Origin: Planctomycetota bacterium
GTDB lineage: Bacteria; Planctomycetota; B15-G4; JADJEK01
Direction: 5' to 3'
Length of the DNA stretch: 64,000 nucleotides
Assembly (NCBI GenBank): GCA_044225365.1
Contig: JBGAIQ010000007.1
Location: 32,001 to 96,000, forward strand
The notes beneath the pieces were generated by a model. The model had not been told where the DNA came from, searched no databases, and was given only the letters and a program-made list of their open reading frames with translations. Positions 30,235-39,134 of the stretch are shown piece after piece. The translations under genes and the position numbers were made by a program. Numbering within the stretch: position 1 is the stretch's first letter; each line of letters begins with the position of its first letter.

Positions 30235-31116
30235 TCAACGATGAGCCTTGTCGCCGCCGTACGCACCACCGACCGAGCCGGTAGCGGGGGAGAGAGTCGG
30301 GGTGAAACCATTCTCGACGCCCTCGAACTCCTCGTGGTGCCCGAACGTGGTCGGCCAGATGGTCGGCCAAATCGAGTACGAGCTGAACCGACTACGACCG
30401 TGCTTGGCGTCGTACGTCGACGGACGGGTGTCGTCGTCGGCGATGTCCGTGCCGATGTCCCACGGCATCGGATGACCCGTGAGCTCGACCGGATTCGGAT
30501 AGTTGTTCAGCGTGCCCCACACGAAGTCGAGCGCCTCGTACGGACTGAGGTTGACGTCGAAGCCGGGGAGGATGAAGAAGTAGAGAGACGCACCGAAATC
30601 GGTCCAGTGGTTGTGCTTGTCGAGGTCGATGTCGTAGCCGTGCGCGTCGAGGTAGCGACTCGCGAGCTGCGAGTTGCCACGCGACGGGACGCGGGTCATG
30701 TCGACCGAATAGTTCTGGACGAGACCGACGTTGAACCCGCCGTCGTAGTTCTCCTCGCGCCAGAGGCCCATGCCGCGGCCGATCATTCCGACCTTGTAGC
30801 CGGACCAATTGCCGTAACCGACCTCGAGGTACTTGGTGAGGTGAACGTTGATGAAGATCCAGTTGGCGAGGATCGGCGCGTAGAAGTGGTCGTGGTACTC
30901 GCCGTTCGCGGTCTTACCCCAGCCCAGATCCAACGTGAAGATGTCGCAGAAGTCGTACCCCGTGTCCTTGAGGTAGGCCATCATCTTGTCGCTGGCGCTC
31001 CAGCGATCTTCCTCGGTACGGAAGAATCGATCCTCATCCTGCGTTGACTGGCACGCACCGAGCGTTCCGAGCGTGACGAGAGACAACGCGGCTCCGAGAC
31101 GCGTAAGGGCCTTCAT
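30235..31116 (-). CDS. Lipoprotein of unknown function (beta-strand-rich; paralog of 29460-30161)
   Basis: LGTLGAC lipobox; motifs shared with neighbour. Confidence 0.8.
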   Translation of the reverse strand: MKALTRLGAALSLVTLGTLGACQSTQDEDRFFRTEEDRWSASDKMMAYLKDTGYDFCDIFTLDLGWGKTANGEYHDHFYAPILANWIFINVHLTKYLEVGYGNWSGYKVGMIGRGMGLWREENYDGGFNVGLVQNYSVDMTRVPSRGNSQLASRYLDAHGYDIDLDKHNHWTDFGASLYFFILPGFDVNLSPYEALDFVWGTLNNYPNPVELTGHPMPWDIGTDIADDDTRPSTYDAKHGRSRFSSYSIWPTIWPTTFGHHEEFEGVENGFTPTLSPATGSVGGAYGGDKAHR

Positions 31117-31254
31117 TCTTCTTCAAGCTCCAGATGAAGCGGGAAAAGCGGGGGGAAGATATTTGGTTCCGCAAGACGACCACGGGAGCGAACTCCGACC
31201 CCGGGGCGCTCTCCCACCAAGGGGAAGAGCAACGACGCGCACCACGCACCGATC

Positions 31255-31295
31255 CGGATTCCGTTGGAATCCGAACCGATCCGAACCGATCCGAT
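31255..31295. repeat. Perfect 8-bp hairpin followed by CCGAW pentamer tandem repeat
   Basis: CGGATTCC-GTT-GGAATCCG at 31255-31273; CCGAA CCGAT CCGAA CCGAT CCGAT at 31271-31295. Confidence 0.75.
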
Positions 31296-31495
31296 CAATC
31301 GATGTACGGATCGTCCCAGTCGTAGTTCATGAAGTGGCGGTCGAACGACTTGTAGACGCTCTCGGCGTCGCGGCGAACGACCTGGTAGTAACCGCGCGCG
31401 TGCGCACCCCACCAGTAAACCGAGTCGTAGTGGCAGGCGCCGAAGCAGGTCGCCACGAGGGCGACACCGAGCAGGGCCCGAAGCTTGCGAGCCAT
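31295..31495 (-). CDS. Small (66 aa) lipoprotein
   Basis: AAGGAG RBS; VATCFGAC lipobox; aromatic/acidic C-terminus DRHFMNYDWDDPYID. Confidence 0.8.
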   Translation of the reverse strand: MARKLRALLGVALVATCFGACHYDSVYWWGAHARGYYQVVRRDAESVYKSFDRHFMNYDWDDPYID

Positions 31496-31693
31496 CGCGA
31501 ATCTCCTTCAGGTCAGTCGCTCCGAAGAACGGTGTCTTCGGAATCTGGGTGACTTCGATTCTGTGTTGCTGAACTCGGCGGGGTGCGCTCGCAAAGGGAG
31601 TGATCGACCACTCGCCATCCGTTCGAACACCTCGACCCGAGCCAAGAGCCTGACAGCAAGTTCTGCCGTCGACGCCCTATATGAATCGGCGGG

Positions 31694-31721
31694 AGTGTAG
31701 CAACGCGAGTAGGGGGTTCAA
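31694..31721 (-). promoter_or_regulatory. Putative sigma70 promoter of the lipoprotein operon
   Basis: TTGAAC-N16-TACACT with extended -10 TG on the minus strand. Confidence 0.5.
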
Positions 31722-31831
31722 TCCAAAAAGAACGCCCCTTTTGACTTGCGGATCCTTCGCTTCGAGCCGTCGCGTTTCTTCTCGGCTTGCCTCGGCTATC
31801 CTGTGCCGCGATTGCCCACTGGAGCCCTTGG

Positions 31832-33556
31832 ATGACCGATCGTCGCGTCTCGCGCCGCAACTTCCTTCTGCCGATCCTCGCGGTCTCGGTAGTCGCTGCC
31901 ATCTTGCATTTTCGCCCGCGAGCGAATCGCGATGCGGGCATCAAGAACGCCGAGGATGGCACGCCGACACCGCAGGCGGAGAGTGCAACGGAGAATCGGC
32001 CGTTCGCCTTCCTGCGGAACGTCGACTTGCCGGTTCCGCCGGAGCCGGTACTGCGGCGGGGACCGATCGAGGATCGCGTCGAACGGTTGGTCGATCGCAC
32101 TCTTTGGGCGCCGCTCGACCTGCGCAATCGCGCATTGAACGAACTCGCGAGGCTCAAGAAGCCGCATGAGATCCAGCAGTTCGTCGCGCTCGCGGACCAG
32201 GAGTGGCGGCGCGATCCCCTGCGCGGATACGTGTTCCTTCCCACTCTTGCGCAGGTCCATGATCCGCGCGGAGCCCAGATCGTCGAGGAAGCGGCGACCC
32301 ATTCCTCCAACATGATCCGGGTCGAAGCCGCTCGAGCGCTCGGAACCGTCGACGATGCGGACGCGGTCGCGCGCCTCGAGACCCTGCTCTCCGATCACTA
32401 CGAAGGCGTGAGGACGGGAGCGATCCGTTCCTTGATCGACATGAAGACGCCTTCCGCGCTCGACGTCCTCGAGCGGTACGCGCAAGGCGACCCCGACGAG
32501 CGGATCAAACACGTCCTGTATCGCATCGGAGCCGACACCGAGAATCCGGACGGGATTCCCGTGCTCCGGAAGTACTTGGATTCCCCGGGGACGGCGCGAA
32601 TCGTGGCCCTGCAGATGCTCGCCAAGTTCGGAGATCCGAGCGCGCTCGACATCCTCTACGAAATGGTGGAGCACGGGGACGCCAATGCCCGACACACCGG
32701 CCTCATCGATCTCCTCGAAGCGCCGCACGATCTGATCGATCCCAAGCGTGTCCTCGATCGCCTCGAAGACGTGAGCGGCGAGAATCGTCGCGCGGCAGCC
32801 GAACTCTACTTGCGAATGGCGCAAGCGAAGGCCCTCACGGGTGAGGAAGCCGACACCGTCGCGAGGGCCCTCGAGAAGCATCTCACCGATCTCGACTACC
32901 GCGCTCGCATCGCTTCGCTCGCCGCACTCCACGCTCTCGGCCGCAAGGATCTCGTCGAGCCGTTCGAGAAGGCGATCCTCACCGCGTCGGGCCCAGGCCT
33001 GCACGACGCCCTGCAGATCACGACGGTCTGGTGCAAGGACGAGAAGGCGTTGCCCCTCGTCCTCCAACGGATCAAGGCCGACGGTAAGAGCGCTCCGATC
33101 GAGAATCGAGCGCGCCTGATCACGGCGCTCGGCGACATCAACGACGGGGCGAGCATCGACGCCTACCTCGACGTGATTCGCGAAGCGAGAGCCAACGAAC
33201 CGCGGGACGAGTCGGGCATCGAGCTGTCGAAGCGCGCAGCGCTCCACGTCTCGACTCTCGGACCTTCGATCCAAGGCAAGCTGATGGAGATCGCGCGCGA
33301 TGGTTCGGCGACGCTCGAGGCGCGCCTGCGCGCGCTCGACGGTCTGCGCGGCATCAACGGAGTCGATTGCGTCCAGGAACTCCTCGACCTCGCGGCGGAC
33401 GGGAACGCTCCGCACGAAGTTCGTCTTGCGGCGGTCGAGACGCTGCCGTTCCTCGTCGGAGTCGACATGTTCGACGCCGTCCTGGACTCGCTCGACCGGT
33501 TGGTCGATCGCGAGCTTCGATTGAAAGCGCTCTACGTCCTGCTCGATTACGCCTGA
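31832..33556 (+). CDS. HEAT-repeat protein with twin-arginine-like N-terminus
   Basis: SRRNFL plus hydrophobic stretch; repeats VEAARALG, VRTGAIRSL, VRLAAVETL; GGAG RBS. Confidence 0.82.
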   Translation: MTDRRVSRRNFLLPILAVSVVAAILHFRPRANRDAGIKNAEDGTPTPQAESATENRPFAFLRNVDLPVPPEPVLRRGPIEDRVERLVDRTLWAPLDLRNRALNELARLKKPHEIQQFVALADQEWRRDPLRGYVFLPTLAQVHDPRGAQIVEEAATHSSNMIRVEAARALGTVDDADAVARLETLLSDHYEGVRTGAIRSLIDMKTPSALDVLERYAQGDPDERIKHVLYRIGADTENPDGIPVLRKYLDSPGTARIVALQMLAKFGDPSALDILYEMVEHGDANARHTGLIDLLEAPHDLIDPKRVLDRLEDVSGENRRAAAELYLRMAQAKALTGEEADTVARALEKHLTDLDYRARIASLAALHALGRKDLVEPFEKAILTASGPGLHDALQITTVWCKDEKALPLVLQRIKADGKSAPIENRARLITALGDINDGASIDAYLDVIREARANEPRDESGIELSKRAALHVSTLGPSIQGKLMEIARDGSATLEARLRALDGLRGINGVDCVQELLDLAADGNAPHEVRLAAVETLPFLVGVDMFDAVLDSLDRLVDRELRLKALYVLLDYA

Positions 33557-33576
33557 GACCCCGGGAGGATCGAGGT

Positions 33577-34320
33577 TCAGGTCTTCTTCTTGCCCTTGAG
33601 TTCGCGTGCGGCGGGTGTCTCGATCTCGCCGAGCACATCGTCGAATGGAAACCACTCCGATGTCTTGCTCTGACTATCGGCTTCGCGGAAATCCTTCCCG
33701 GGATTGATGGTCGGCGGGAACGGCGAGTGATAGCCGTCGAACGCACCCTTGTGGTTCCAACTCCCGAGGACGGTGCCGCGGTGATCGACGAAGAAGGCCC
33801 ACTGCGTGCCTTCCTGATAGTTCTCCGGCCAGGCGAACGCGCCGTATGCCGTCGTACCGGGCTCCTTCGATTCCGCGCCCTTGGGAGACCAAGCGCGACC
33901 ATCGTTGCGGATCGGATCGTTGAGGAAGACGGTGACGAGGTAGCCGCGGATGCGATAGACCTCGACGTTCGCGTTCGGGCAATCCTCCGCGCGAGTGAGT
34001 CGCCGGAGCGGCGAGGTCTCCGGGGACTTCTCGATCAACTCCGAGAGGAATAGGAAGCGCGTACCGGTAGTCCCGATCGCTGCCTGTTCGCCCTGATGGA
34101 TGGCGCGCACGACGTCATACGCTCGACGCTCACGATCGGCCATCGAGCGGCCCTGCGTCTCCGCGCCGAGGATGTGGAACCCGATCCATGTGAGGATGAC
34201 GAGCACCGAGATCTCGGTCGAATAACGCCCGAGTCGCTCGAGGAAGGATTTCGTTCCGATGTTCGTGGCAACCATGAAGAGTACCGTGGCGGAGTGTTCG
34301 TCGCCGTTCGAACGGCTCAC
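33577..34320 (-). CDS. Single-TM hypothetical protein, pilin/DUF2950-like C-terminal motif
   Basis: N-terminal TM helix, long amphipathic helix, RGY, AFAWPENY..FFVDHRG. Start uncertain (34320 or 34275). Confidence 0.55.
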   Translation of the reverse strand: MSRSNGDEHSATVLFMVATNIGTKSFLERLGRYSTEISVLVILTWIGFHILGAETQGRSMADRERRAYDVVRAIHQGEQAAIGTTGTRFLFLSELIEKSPETSPLRRLTRAEDCPNANVEVYRIRGYLVTVFLNDPIRNDGRAWSPKGAESKEPGTTAYGAFAWPENYQEGTQWAFFVDHRGTVLGSWNHKGAFDGYHSPFPPTINPGKDFREADSQSKTSEWFPFDDVLGEIETPAARELKGKKKT

Positions 34321-34329
34321 GTTCGCTCG

Positions 34330-35238
34330 TCACGAGGGAGGGAACGCCCGTACGAAAGCGCGGGCGAGGGGAAACATCAAGAGGATGATGCCGCTGATGA
34401 GAAGATCGTCAGCTGCGGCCGCGATCGTCGCATCGAAGAGGAAGATCCCGGAGAGGCAGCGTCCGACGTAGCGAGAAAGGCGCAGGCCCGGAACGATCGG
34501 TTCGCGCACGAGCGCAAAGTAACCGCTCGCGATCCACCCGGCGAGACCGCTGGCGCAGATGAGCGCGGCGACGACCGCGCGCGTTCTCGCATCGCCTGCG
34601 AGGAGTTCGAGGACTACTGCGACGAAAGCAAGGAGCGCGGCGATCCCGCTCGCGATCGCGACGCCGCGTGAGGTCGGTCTAAGGGCCCCGTCCTCCATCC
34701 GGCCGATGAACGCCACCGCGACGATGTACGCCCCGTACGCGATCGCCACGGGAAATGCGGCACGAGCATCTCCGCCCGCCGCGGCGCCGAGCGTGAGATT
34801 CAGCGCACGAATCGATCCCAGGACGAACGGGCCGGCGAGTCCGAGGTGGTGGGGTCTCGCGTTGTACGTCGTGATGAGCGACAGCATCACGATCGACAGG
34901 ATGAACGCTGCGGTTCCGGCAAGCGCCGCCGCGGAGGCCGCGATGCACGCCTGAACGACGACGAACGTGCTCGCCGCGGCGACTGAGACGGCGCCCGAGG
35001 GCAGCGGCCTACCTTCGGCGCGCATACGATCGACCTCGCGGTCGCACAGATCGTTATGCGCCATCCCGAACAGGAAGAGCGCCAGCGATGCGGTTAAGGC
35101 CGCGACGATCGCGCCGCCATCGACGCGGCCTCCGCTCGCGCGGAGCGCGAGCGCCGAGCCCGCGAGCCCATCGGCGAGGGGAGACAGCGCGAGCGAGGCT
35201 CGCGACAACTTGAGGATTCCCCGCAGAGTGGTTCCCAT
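34330..35238 (-). CDS. UbiA-family prenyltransferase (EboC/SCO3242-like)
   Basis: NDLCDREVD..RPLPSG Asp-rich motif, GSIRALNLTLG, multiple TM helices. Confidence 0.87.
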   Translation of the reverse strand: MGTTLRGILKLSRASLALSPLADGLAGSALALRASGGRVDGGAIVAALTASLALFLFGMAHNDLCDREVDRMRAEGRPLPSGAVSVAAASTFVVVQACIAASAAALAGTAAFILSIVMLSLITTYNARPHHLGLAGPFVLGSIRALNLTLGAAAGGDARAAFPVAIAYGAYIVAVAFIGRMEDGALRPTSRGVAIASGIAALLAFVAVVLELLAGDARTRAVVAALICASGLAGWIASGYFALVREPIVPGLRLSRYVGRCLSGIFLFDATIAAAADDLLISGIILLMFPLARAFVRAFPPS

Positions 35239-35254
35239 CGTGCGAGTCGGTCGA

Positions 35255-37078
35255 TCAGAACAGCAGGCGCTGGATGTCGTTCTTGATGACGTAGATCAGC
35301 AGCGCGAAGATGAACGCGAGTCCGATGAGCTGCGAGTAGCCCATGACTCGTTCGGAGATGGGAGCGCCGGTGACCTTCTCGACGAGGAGGAACATCATGT
35401 ATCCGCCGTCGAGGATCGGGATCGGCAGCACGTTGATGACCGCGAGGTTGATCGACAGCATCGCGAGGAAGTAGAAGAGCTTTGCGAGCCCCTGCATCGC
35501 GACGTGATACGAGACGACGCTGATCGAGACGATGCTGCCCAGGTTCTCGGTGGAGACTTGGCGCGAGACCATCTTCTTGAGAGTCAGGTAGACCTGACGC
35601 GTCATGTTCCACGACGCGTACATGCCATGTCCGAAGGCTTGCGCCCACGGATAGCGACGTACGACCGTCGCAGCCTCGAAAGCGATCCCGAAGTCCGGAT
35701 ACGAGAGACCCGCGCGTGTGACCTCCACGTCGCGGAGGGCGCCGCCGCTATCGACGGCGAGTTGGATCGGCCGATCGCTCGCGGCGTGGATCGCGCGAAA
35801 GGCATCGGTCCACTTCGAAACCTGTTCGCCATCGACTCGCACGAGTCGATCGCCGCTGTGGAGTCCGACTCGTTCGGCCGCCGATCCGGACGTGACGACG
35901 ATCGGCACGCCGGCGCCCCCGCTCGAATCGGTGGCACCCAGCGCGACGTACTCGATCAGTCGCGGACGCAGCGCGGCCGAGATCGCGATGTGGCGCCGTG
36001 CTCCTGCGTTGTCGACTTCGAGATCGGTCGAGGCGTCCCCGCCGCGAGCCGTCGAGAGGGCTCGCACGAAGTCGGTTTCGGTGAACAGCGGAACGCCGTC
36101 GCATGCCAGGATCCGATCCCCGACGTGCAAGGGGGAATCGGGTCCTGCGAGCACCTCGCGTACGGCGGTCACGGTCAGCGTCACCGGGGCGATACCGACG
36201 AGCTTCGCCGTGGAATCGGTTCGCCATTCCGGAGCGACTTGGACTTCGCGAAACGCGCCCTGGGCACTCCGCACTCGCATCGAGAGCGGCGCTTGCGACG
36301 AATAGGTGAGGAGGTCCGAGAACAACTCCCGCCGCTCACAACCTGCGATCGCAACGATCTCGTCGCCGTCCACGAGGCCGGCTCGAGCCGCGGCGCCGTC
36401 GGGGTCGAGTCGCACCCTACCGGTAAGAGCCTGATCGACCTTGATCGCGTAGGTTCCGAGCGCCGTCGAATACTCGGGCTGCGCCACGGTCTCGACCTTC
36501 TGCGAGCCGCGGAGCACGGTGATCGGGACTCCTTCGGGATCGCCGAGCGCGACTTCGAGGAATACGTCGGTGAAGGAGTGGATCGGGTGGCCGTTGATCT
36601 CGATGACTTCATCGTCGGCGCGCAGGCCGGCCTTCCATGCCGGTCCGCCGGCGACCACTCGGCCGAGCACGGGCGCTTCCATCTCGACCCCGGCGCCGAA
36701 CGTCAGCGGGAAGACAATCATCGCGAAGAGGAGATTCGCGATGACGCCGCCGGCACGGACCAGGAATTTCGCTCCGATGGATTTCGAGTTGTACGAACGC
36801 GGATTGCCGAGATCCTCGCCCGGTTGATCGCCCCGCACCTTCACGTAACCGCCGACCGGGACTGCCGAGATCCGATAGTCCGTTCCATTGCGGACGAATC
36901 CGAACAGGCGAGGTCCGAACCCGAGCGAGAAGACCTCCACGTCGACGCCCGTGATGCGAGCGCAGAGGAAGTGCCCGAACTCATGCACGAAGATGACGAG
37001 CCCGATTCCGAATGCCGTGAGGAGCGCGCCCGTGGGATCGGGCAACGACCAGGCGAGTGTCAACAGACTGTGAGGCAT
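35255..37078 (-). CDS. rseP: RIP metalloprotease RseP (M50) with multiple PDZ domains
   Basis: HEFGH, FSLGFGP, PVGGYV, NVLPIPILDGG; repeated AGL..GD PDZ motifs; downstream of dxr. Confidence 0.93.
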   Translation of the reverse strand: MPHSLLTLAWSLPDPTGALLTAFGIGLVIFVHEFGHFLCARITGVDVEVFSLGFGPRLFGFVRNGTDYRISAVPVGGYVKVRGDQPGEDLGNPRSYNSKSIGAKFLVRAGGVIANLLFAMIVFPLTFGAGVEMEAPVLGRVVAGGPAWKAGLRADDEVIEINGHPIHSFTDVFLEVALGDPEGVPITVLRGSQKVETVAQPEYSTALGTYAIKVDQALTGRVRLDPDGAAARAGLVDGDEIVAIAGCERRELFSDLLTYSSQAPLSMRVRSAQGAFREVQVAPEWRTDSTAKLVGIAPVTLTVTAVREVLAGPDSPLHVGDRILACDGVPLFTETDFVRALSTARGGDASTDLEVDNAGARRHIAISAALRPRLIEYVALGATDSSGGAGVPIVVTSGSAAERVGLHSGDRLVRVDGEQVSKWTDAFRAIHAASDRPIQLAVDSGGALRDVEVTRAGLSYPDFGIAFEAATVVRRYPWAQAFGHGMYASWNMTRQVYLTLKKMVSRQVSTENLGSIVSISVVSYHVAMQGLAKLFYFLAMLSINLAVINVLPIPILDGGYMMFLLVEKVTGAPISERVMGYSQLIGLAFIFALLIYVIKNDIQRLLF

Positions 37079-38214
37079 CGCTCCGCTTCCTTGCGCGCCC
37101 ATTGATCGGCCGCGAGGATCTCGTCGAGATCCGGCGCCGATCGATTTCGCATCGCATCGAGCACTCTTTCGACCGTTTCCGCGATTCGATCGAAGCGAAT
37201 GTCGCGGGCGAGGAACCGGGCGACGGCGACTTCGTTCGCGGCATTCAAGACCGTTCCGGCGAGCCCACCTTCGCTCGCCGCTCGCAGCCCGAGCCGAAGT
37301 GCCGGGAATCGCCCGGGATCCGGCGCCTCGAACGTCAGGTGGGCGAAGCGGCGGAGATCGAACCAGTTCTCGCGCGTCATCGCTCGTTCCGGGTAGGCGA
37401 TCGCATAGCGGATCGGTACGGTCATGCTCGGGACGCCGAGTTGAGCGAGGATCGAGCCGTCGTTGAACTCGACCATCGAATGAACGATCGATTGGCGATG
37501 GACCAAGACCTCGATCGCGGCGGGAGCGACATCGAACAGCCAATGCGCTTCGATGATCTCGAGCGCCTTGTTCATCATCGTCGCCGAGTCGATCGTGATC
37601 TTCGGCCCCATCTTCCAGGTCGGGTGCTTCAGCGCTTGCTCCGGCGTGACGTCCTTGAAGCTCGCCGCGGGAAGGTCGACGAACGGGCCGCCGGATGCCG
37701 TCAGGAAGAGGCGCCGTACGCTCTTGGGGGGAGCACCCTGGAGGGACTGGAAGATCGCGGAGTGTTCGCTGTCGACGGGCACGATCTCGGCGCCGCTCTT
37801 CGCCGCGAGATCCTTGACGAGGCTACCCGCCATCACGAGCGCTTCTTTGTTGGCGAGAGCGAGGCGCTTTCCGCTGCGAACCGTTTCGAGCGCCGAGGCG
37901 AGGCCCGCGGCACCCGTGATCGCAGCTACCACGACGTCGGCCCCGGCAGCGCGCACGACTTCCGTCGCCGCGTTCGGCCCACCAATGACTTCGATGTCCA
38001 TTGCGGCGAGGCGCGGCTTCGCACGCTCGGCCGCGGCCGGATCCGTGAGCCCTACGAACTGCGGGCGCCACTGCGTCGCCTGCGCCACGATGGCGTCGAC
38101 GCTCGCGCTGGCGACGAGACCCACCACCCGGTGCGTCGCCGTCAGCTCCGAGAGCACGGTGAGCGTGCTCGTGCCGACGGAGCCAGTGGAGCCAAGGATG
38201 CAGACGCTGCGCAT
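37060..38214 (-). CDS. dxr: 1-deoxy-D-xylulose-5-phosphate reductoisomerase
   Basis: LGSTGSVG, LANKE, PVDSEH, TASGGPF, HPTWKMGPKITIDSA, NAANEVAV. Confidence 0.97.
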   Translation of the reverse strand: MRSVCILGSTGSVGTSTLTVLSELTATHRVVGLVASASVDAIVAQATQWRPQFVGLTDPAAAERAKPRLAAMDIEVIGGPNAATEVVRAAGADVVVAAITGAAGLASALETVRSGKRLALANKEALVMAGSLVKDLAAKSGAEIVPVDSEHSAIFQSLQGAPPKSVRRLFLTASGGPFVDLPAASFKDVTPEQALKHPTWKMGPKITIDSATMMNKALEIIEAHWLFDVAPAAIEVLVHRQSIVHSMVEFNDGSILAQLGVPSMTVPIRYAIAYPERAMTRENWFDLRRFAHLTFEAPDPGRFPALRLGLRAASEGGLAGTVLNAANEVAVARFLARDIRFDRIAETVERVLDAMRNRSAPDLDEILAADQWARKEAERCLTVC

Positions 38215-38409
38215 GAGGACGCCTGGGAACTTTGGGACGATCGAAGTTGGATCATAGCCCCGTGGGGTTCGCGGACTGCGCGGCAATCTGCCCGCAGTTC
38301 TCTCCATCTCACGACGTTTCCAGCGATCGATCGGGCGCTGCCGCTTCTCCGCTTCCATGCCTGCCCGGAACCCTGGCGAAATCGTGAAGGGTCCTATAGG
38401 TTCTGCGCC

Positions 38410-38976
38410 ATGTGGGAATCGAAAGCCCGCTTCTGTCCGCAGTGCGGAGAATCGCTCGAGGACGCACCCGTCGATGGTCGAGAGCGCCGTCGGTGCACCG
38501 CGTGTCGATTCGTCCTGTATCTGAACCCGGCTTCGGCGGCGGCGGCACTCGTCGTCTCCGACCAGCGGATCCTGCTCGTGCGTCGCGGGATCGAGCCGTT
38601 CAAGGGGATGTGGGGATTACCCGCGGGGTACCAGGAATACGACGAGAGCCCCGACCAGACGGTCGTGCGCGAAACTCGGGAGGAGACCGGTCTGCACGTC
38701 TCGATCGTTCGCCTCTTCGATGTCCTCTTCACGCGCGATGATCCGCGGAAGAAGGCGAACCTCGTCGCCTATCTCTGCCGAGTGGAGGGAGGGACCCTTT
38801 GCGCCGGGGACGATGCGACCGAGGCGGATTTCTTCGCGGCCGATCGATTGCCGGAGGACATCGCGTTCGCCAACAACCGCTACTTGCTCTCGAAGTGGCG
38901 CTCTGGAGTGGCCGCAGGTGCCGAGCCGTCCAACCCGGATGATTCCTCTTCGAGACCGGACCGCGGGTTGCGTTGA
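38410..38976 (+). CDS. Nudix hydrolase with N-terminal zinc ribbon
   Basis: FCPQCG..CTAC; Nudix box GYQEYDESPDQTVVRETREETG. Confidence 0.92.
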   Translation: MWESKARFCPQCGESLEDAPVDGRERRRCTACRFVLYLNPASAAAALVVSDQRILLVRRGIEPFKGMWGLPAGYQEYDESPDQTVVRETREETGLHVSIVRLFDVLFTRDDPRKKANLVAYLCRVEGGTLCAGDDATEADFFAADRLPEDIAFANNRYLLSKWRSGVAAGAEPSNPDDSSSRPDRGLR

Positions 38977-39134
38977 CTCGGCATCTTCGCTGCGTAGACT
39001 CGTGGCGCCGTCCCCAAGCTCGATCGGCAGGGCCCGCTCGGTGACCAGGACGGTGTCACCGACTTGCTGTTGCGACCTAAGAACGAAAGCTCGTCTTGCT
39101 CGACCCGACCCCGTCGGAATGGGAGCCCCGATCC

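Noticed and set aside
31271-31295. Short repeats as possible CRISPR or iteron array
   Set aside because: Only 5-bp units without spacers; no cas or rep genes and no 25-45 bp repeat-spacer array seen anywhere in the window.
31656-31670. sigma54-like GGCAGAACTTGC upstream of the lipoprotein operon
   Set aside because: GG-to-GC spacing is 8, not 10; a sigma70-type promoter fits better.
37057-38409. Long N-terminal extensions in the ORF track (e.g. 639-aa Nudix, 1118-aa PcnB, 789-aa MCP, 866-aa FadJ) suggesting fusions
   Set aside because: The extensions overlap neighbouring genes and lack motifs; internal starts with RBS or stop/start overlaps fit better.
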